A stretch of 25,899 nucleotides of DNA, taken from positions 1 through 25,899 of the IMG/VR virus record IMGVR_UViG_3300043391_001206; one strand, written 5' to 3'. A program made the translations under genes and the position numbers. This document shows positions 24,141-25,899 of this stretch, one piece after another (the first letter of the stretch is position 1; each line of letters starts with the position of its first letter). Source of the DNA: a virus. Taxonomy: Duplodnaviria > Caudoviricetes. The notes beneath the pieces were generated by a model. That model did not search any database. It was given only the letters and a program-made list of their open reading frames with translations, and had not been told where the DNA came from.

Positions 24141-25899
24141 GGACTTACATCATCTGACATCGCTGAACGCGAACGCCTTAAAAAACAACGAGCAGAGTAT
24201 CAGGATCATGTTAATAAGATCCAACAAGAACTAAATAAACTTTCCAAAAATAAAGAAATCCCTGCCAATCTTTTTAATTCAGTGCTCTCTCCTCTTCAGA
24301 GAGAGAGAGACCTTGCTGAGAATAATGTCCGTCTTTTGGATAAGACTATTTCTCTCTTTGGTGATAAGGAAAAATCCGTTAATCAGCTTGATGAATTGAC
24401 TAAAAACAAGAAATCCGGCGTGACGGTTAAGAGTGCTAATTATACATACTATTGGGATCATGGCGAGGGGAATATTTTTGGAGAATGTTATGAGCCAAGT
24501 TTGACGGTATCTTTTTCAGATGGAAGCACTAAGAAATACTCTGATACAGAAGCTAAAAATGTTTTCAAAAAAATAAATCCTTATCTACAAAGCCCTAAAG
24601 AAAATAAAGGAATAGGAAATACGCCAAAAAATGGTTGGAGGCTGAATAAAAATAGTATTAGTTACGGAGCTAGCCCAAATTATGTTTTTTTAAACACAAA
24701 TTTATCCAATCCTATCGTTATTTCTGAAAGAGAAATATTTGATCGCAATCAGAAAATTGAAAATGCTCAGGAACAAGTTCAAAACTTATCAAGCATGATT
24801 CAACAAAGAAACAGCGCCATTCAGTCGAATCAGAATTTGATAAAGCAAGAACAGGTCAAATCTAAGAATGCAATTCATGAGATAGAGAAAGCCCGTCTTG
24901 AGGCTCTTCCTGAACAAGAGAAGGCATGGTTGAGGGAAGGATATAAGGAAAGTGACTTTGATGTCCTGAGAGAGAAAAAGGAGAAAGCCCGTCTTGAGGC
25001 TCTTCCTGAACAAGAGAAGGCATGGTTGAGGGAAGGATATAAGGAAAGTGACTTTGATGTCCTGAGAGAGAAAAAGGAGAAAGCCCGTCTTCAACAACTT
25101 GAAGAGCAACAGAAACTCGCTTTGCAATCCAAACGCTTTGATATCGCCAAGAATCTTGGTCAAGCCTTAAAGCAGGAAAAAGAATCTCAGAAAGTGCAAA
25201 GAGAATTACAAGAGAAAGAAAGATTGAAGAAAGAGCGCATTGATACCACACAACAGAATTTGAAAATAGGACAAGAGTCCAATCAAAAAGAAGCTCAGGA
25301 TTGGCTGTCCCAATTAAATGCAGCTCTTGAAGAACCTGTGTCAAAATCATCAGAGCTAAAATTTGAGCCTCTTCCTGTTCGGGAAGAATCCCCCTCATTT
25401 GATGTTGAAAAAGATGAACAGGAAGTCAATCAACTGATTGCTCAAGCTCAGGAAGATCAGGCTCTTCAGAATCTCTACGGAGAAATCAAAGATCTGGGAA
25501 CATTTAGACCTGAGAATTTTCTTCCTGACAAACCATGGAGCTCTTTCGAGAAATTTAAAAATTATCTGGAGGGGAAATTTCCCGCTGAAAAACTGAGGAC
25601 TCAATCATGGAAGAACGAGATTGCTCAGGCTCAGGCAGAATCTTTAGCAAAGAAGCAAGAGCAAGAAAAACTTCTCTCTGAAGCACAAAATATTTCTTCT
25701 CCTCCTTTATCTGATGTTCAGGAAGAGAGATTGAGCCAGCCTCTAGAACAAAATCAGTCAGAGTATGAGAAATCTCTTCAAGAGGCTCAAAATCTGAAAA
25801 ATCAGCTTGTATCTCGATTTAATAGTCTTCCTGAAAATATACAACCTCAACTTATAGAGGAATTTCAAAAAGATTTAGAACTCAATCCCTATGAAGCAG
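24138..25899 (+). CDS. large coiled-coil E/Q/K-rich protein, probable ejection/internal virion protein (partial, runs off the window)
   Basis: Manual translation MGLTSSDIAERERLKKQRAEYQ... stays open to the end of the window (about 587 codons). Absent from the track because it has no stop. Confidence 0.8.
   Translation, partial: MGLTSSDIAERERLKKQRAEYQDHVNKIQQELNKLSKNKEIPANLFNSVLSPLQRERDLAENNVRLLDKTISLFGDKEKSVNQLDELTKNKKSGVTVKSANYTYYWDHGEGNIFGECYEPSLTVSFSDGSTKKYSDTEAKNVFKKINPYLQSPKENKGIGNTPKNGWRLNKNSISYGASPNYVFLNTNLSNPIVISEREIFDRNQKIENAQEQVQNLSSMIQQRNSAIQSNQNLIKQEQVKSKNAIHEIEKARLEALPEQEKAWLREGYKESDFDVLREKKEKARLEALPEQEKAWLREGYKESDFDVLREKKEKARLQQLEEQQKLALQSKRFDIAKNLGQALKQEKESQKVQRELQEKERLKKERIDTTQQNLKIGQESNQKEAQDWLSQLNAALEEPVSKSSELKFEPLPVREESPSFDVEKDEQEVNQLIAQAQEDQALQNLYGEIKDLGTFRPENFLPDKPWSSFEKFKNYLEGKFPAEKLRTQSWKNEIAQAQAESLAKKQEQEKLLSEAQNISSPPLSDVQEERLSQPLEQNQSEYEKSLQEAQNLKNQLVSRFNSLPENIQPQLIEEFQKDLELNPYEA
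24885..25091 (+). repeat. exact 96-bp tandem duplication (2 copies + 15 nt)
   Basis: GAGAAAGCCCGTCTT... starts at 24885, 24981 and 25077. Encodes EKARLEALPEQEKAWLREGYKESDFDVLREKK twice. Confidence 0.95.

Noticed and set aside
24110-24145. Rho-independent terminator
   Set aside because: There is no U-tract after the stem, and the right arm is the RBS and start codon of the next gene.
667-25604. Many minus-strand and nested alternative-frame ORFs in the track
   Set aside because: They lie inside well-supported, tightly coupled + strand genes and show no recognisable motifs. Those at 24279-25604 are shadows of the unlisted 24138 ORF.

Overview
The whole window is one + strand, co-directional virion morphogenesis cluster of a short-tailed (podovirus-like) phage or prophage. 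Gene order: portal, Gly/Lys-rich protein, GroES-like co-chaperonin, scaffold, capsid decoration protein, major capsid protein, decoration/fibre proteins, adaptors, tail fibre with an S74-type chaperone, ChaB, P22 gp10-like tail hub, and probable ejection proteins, the last running off the right edge. Family calls rest on motifs recognised by eye plus synteny; no database search was run. Several small or AT-rich exported-protein genes are interleaved with the core genes: a signal-peptide + F-box-like protein, a 36-aa signal-peptide + CaaX-like peptide, a 41-aa lipoprotein, and a 399-aa secreted protein. The 399-aa protein shares a domain with the adjacent probable ejection protein. Together these suggest (inference) a phage of an intracellular symbiont of a eukaryote, carrying host-directed effectors inside its structural module. 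Intergenic regions hold a tandem covarying RNA hairpin in the capsid leader, three long-loop hairpins, and a hairpin that buries a start codon and contains its own promoter. No tRNA, rRNA, CRISPR array, transposase or reverse transcriptase was seen.
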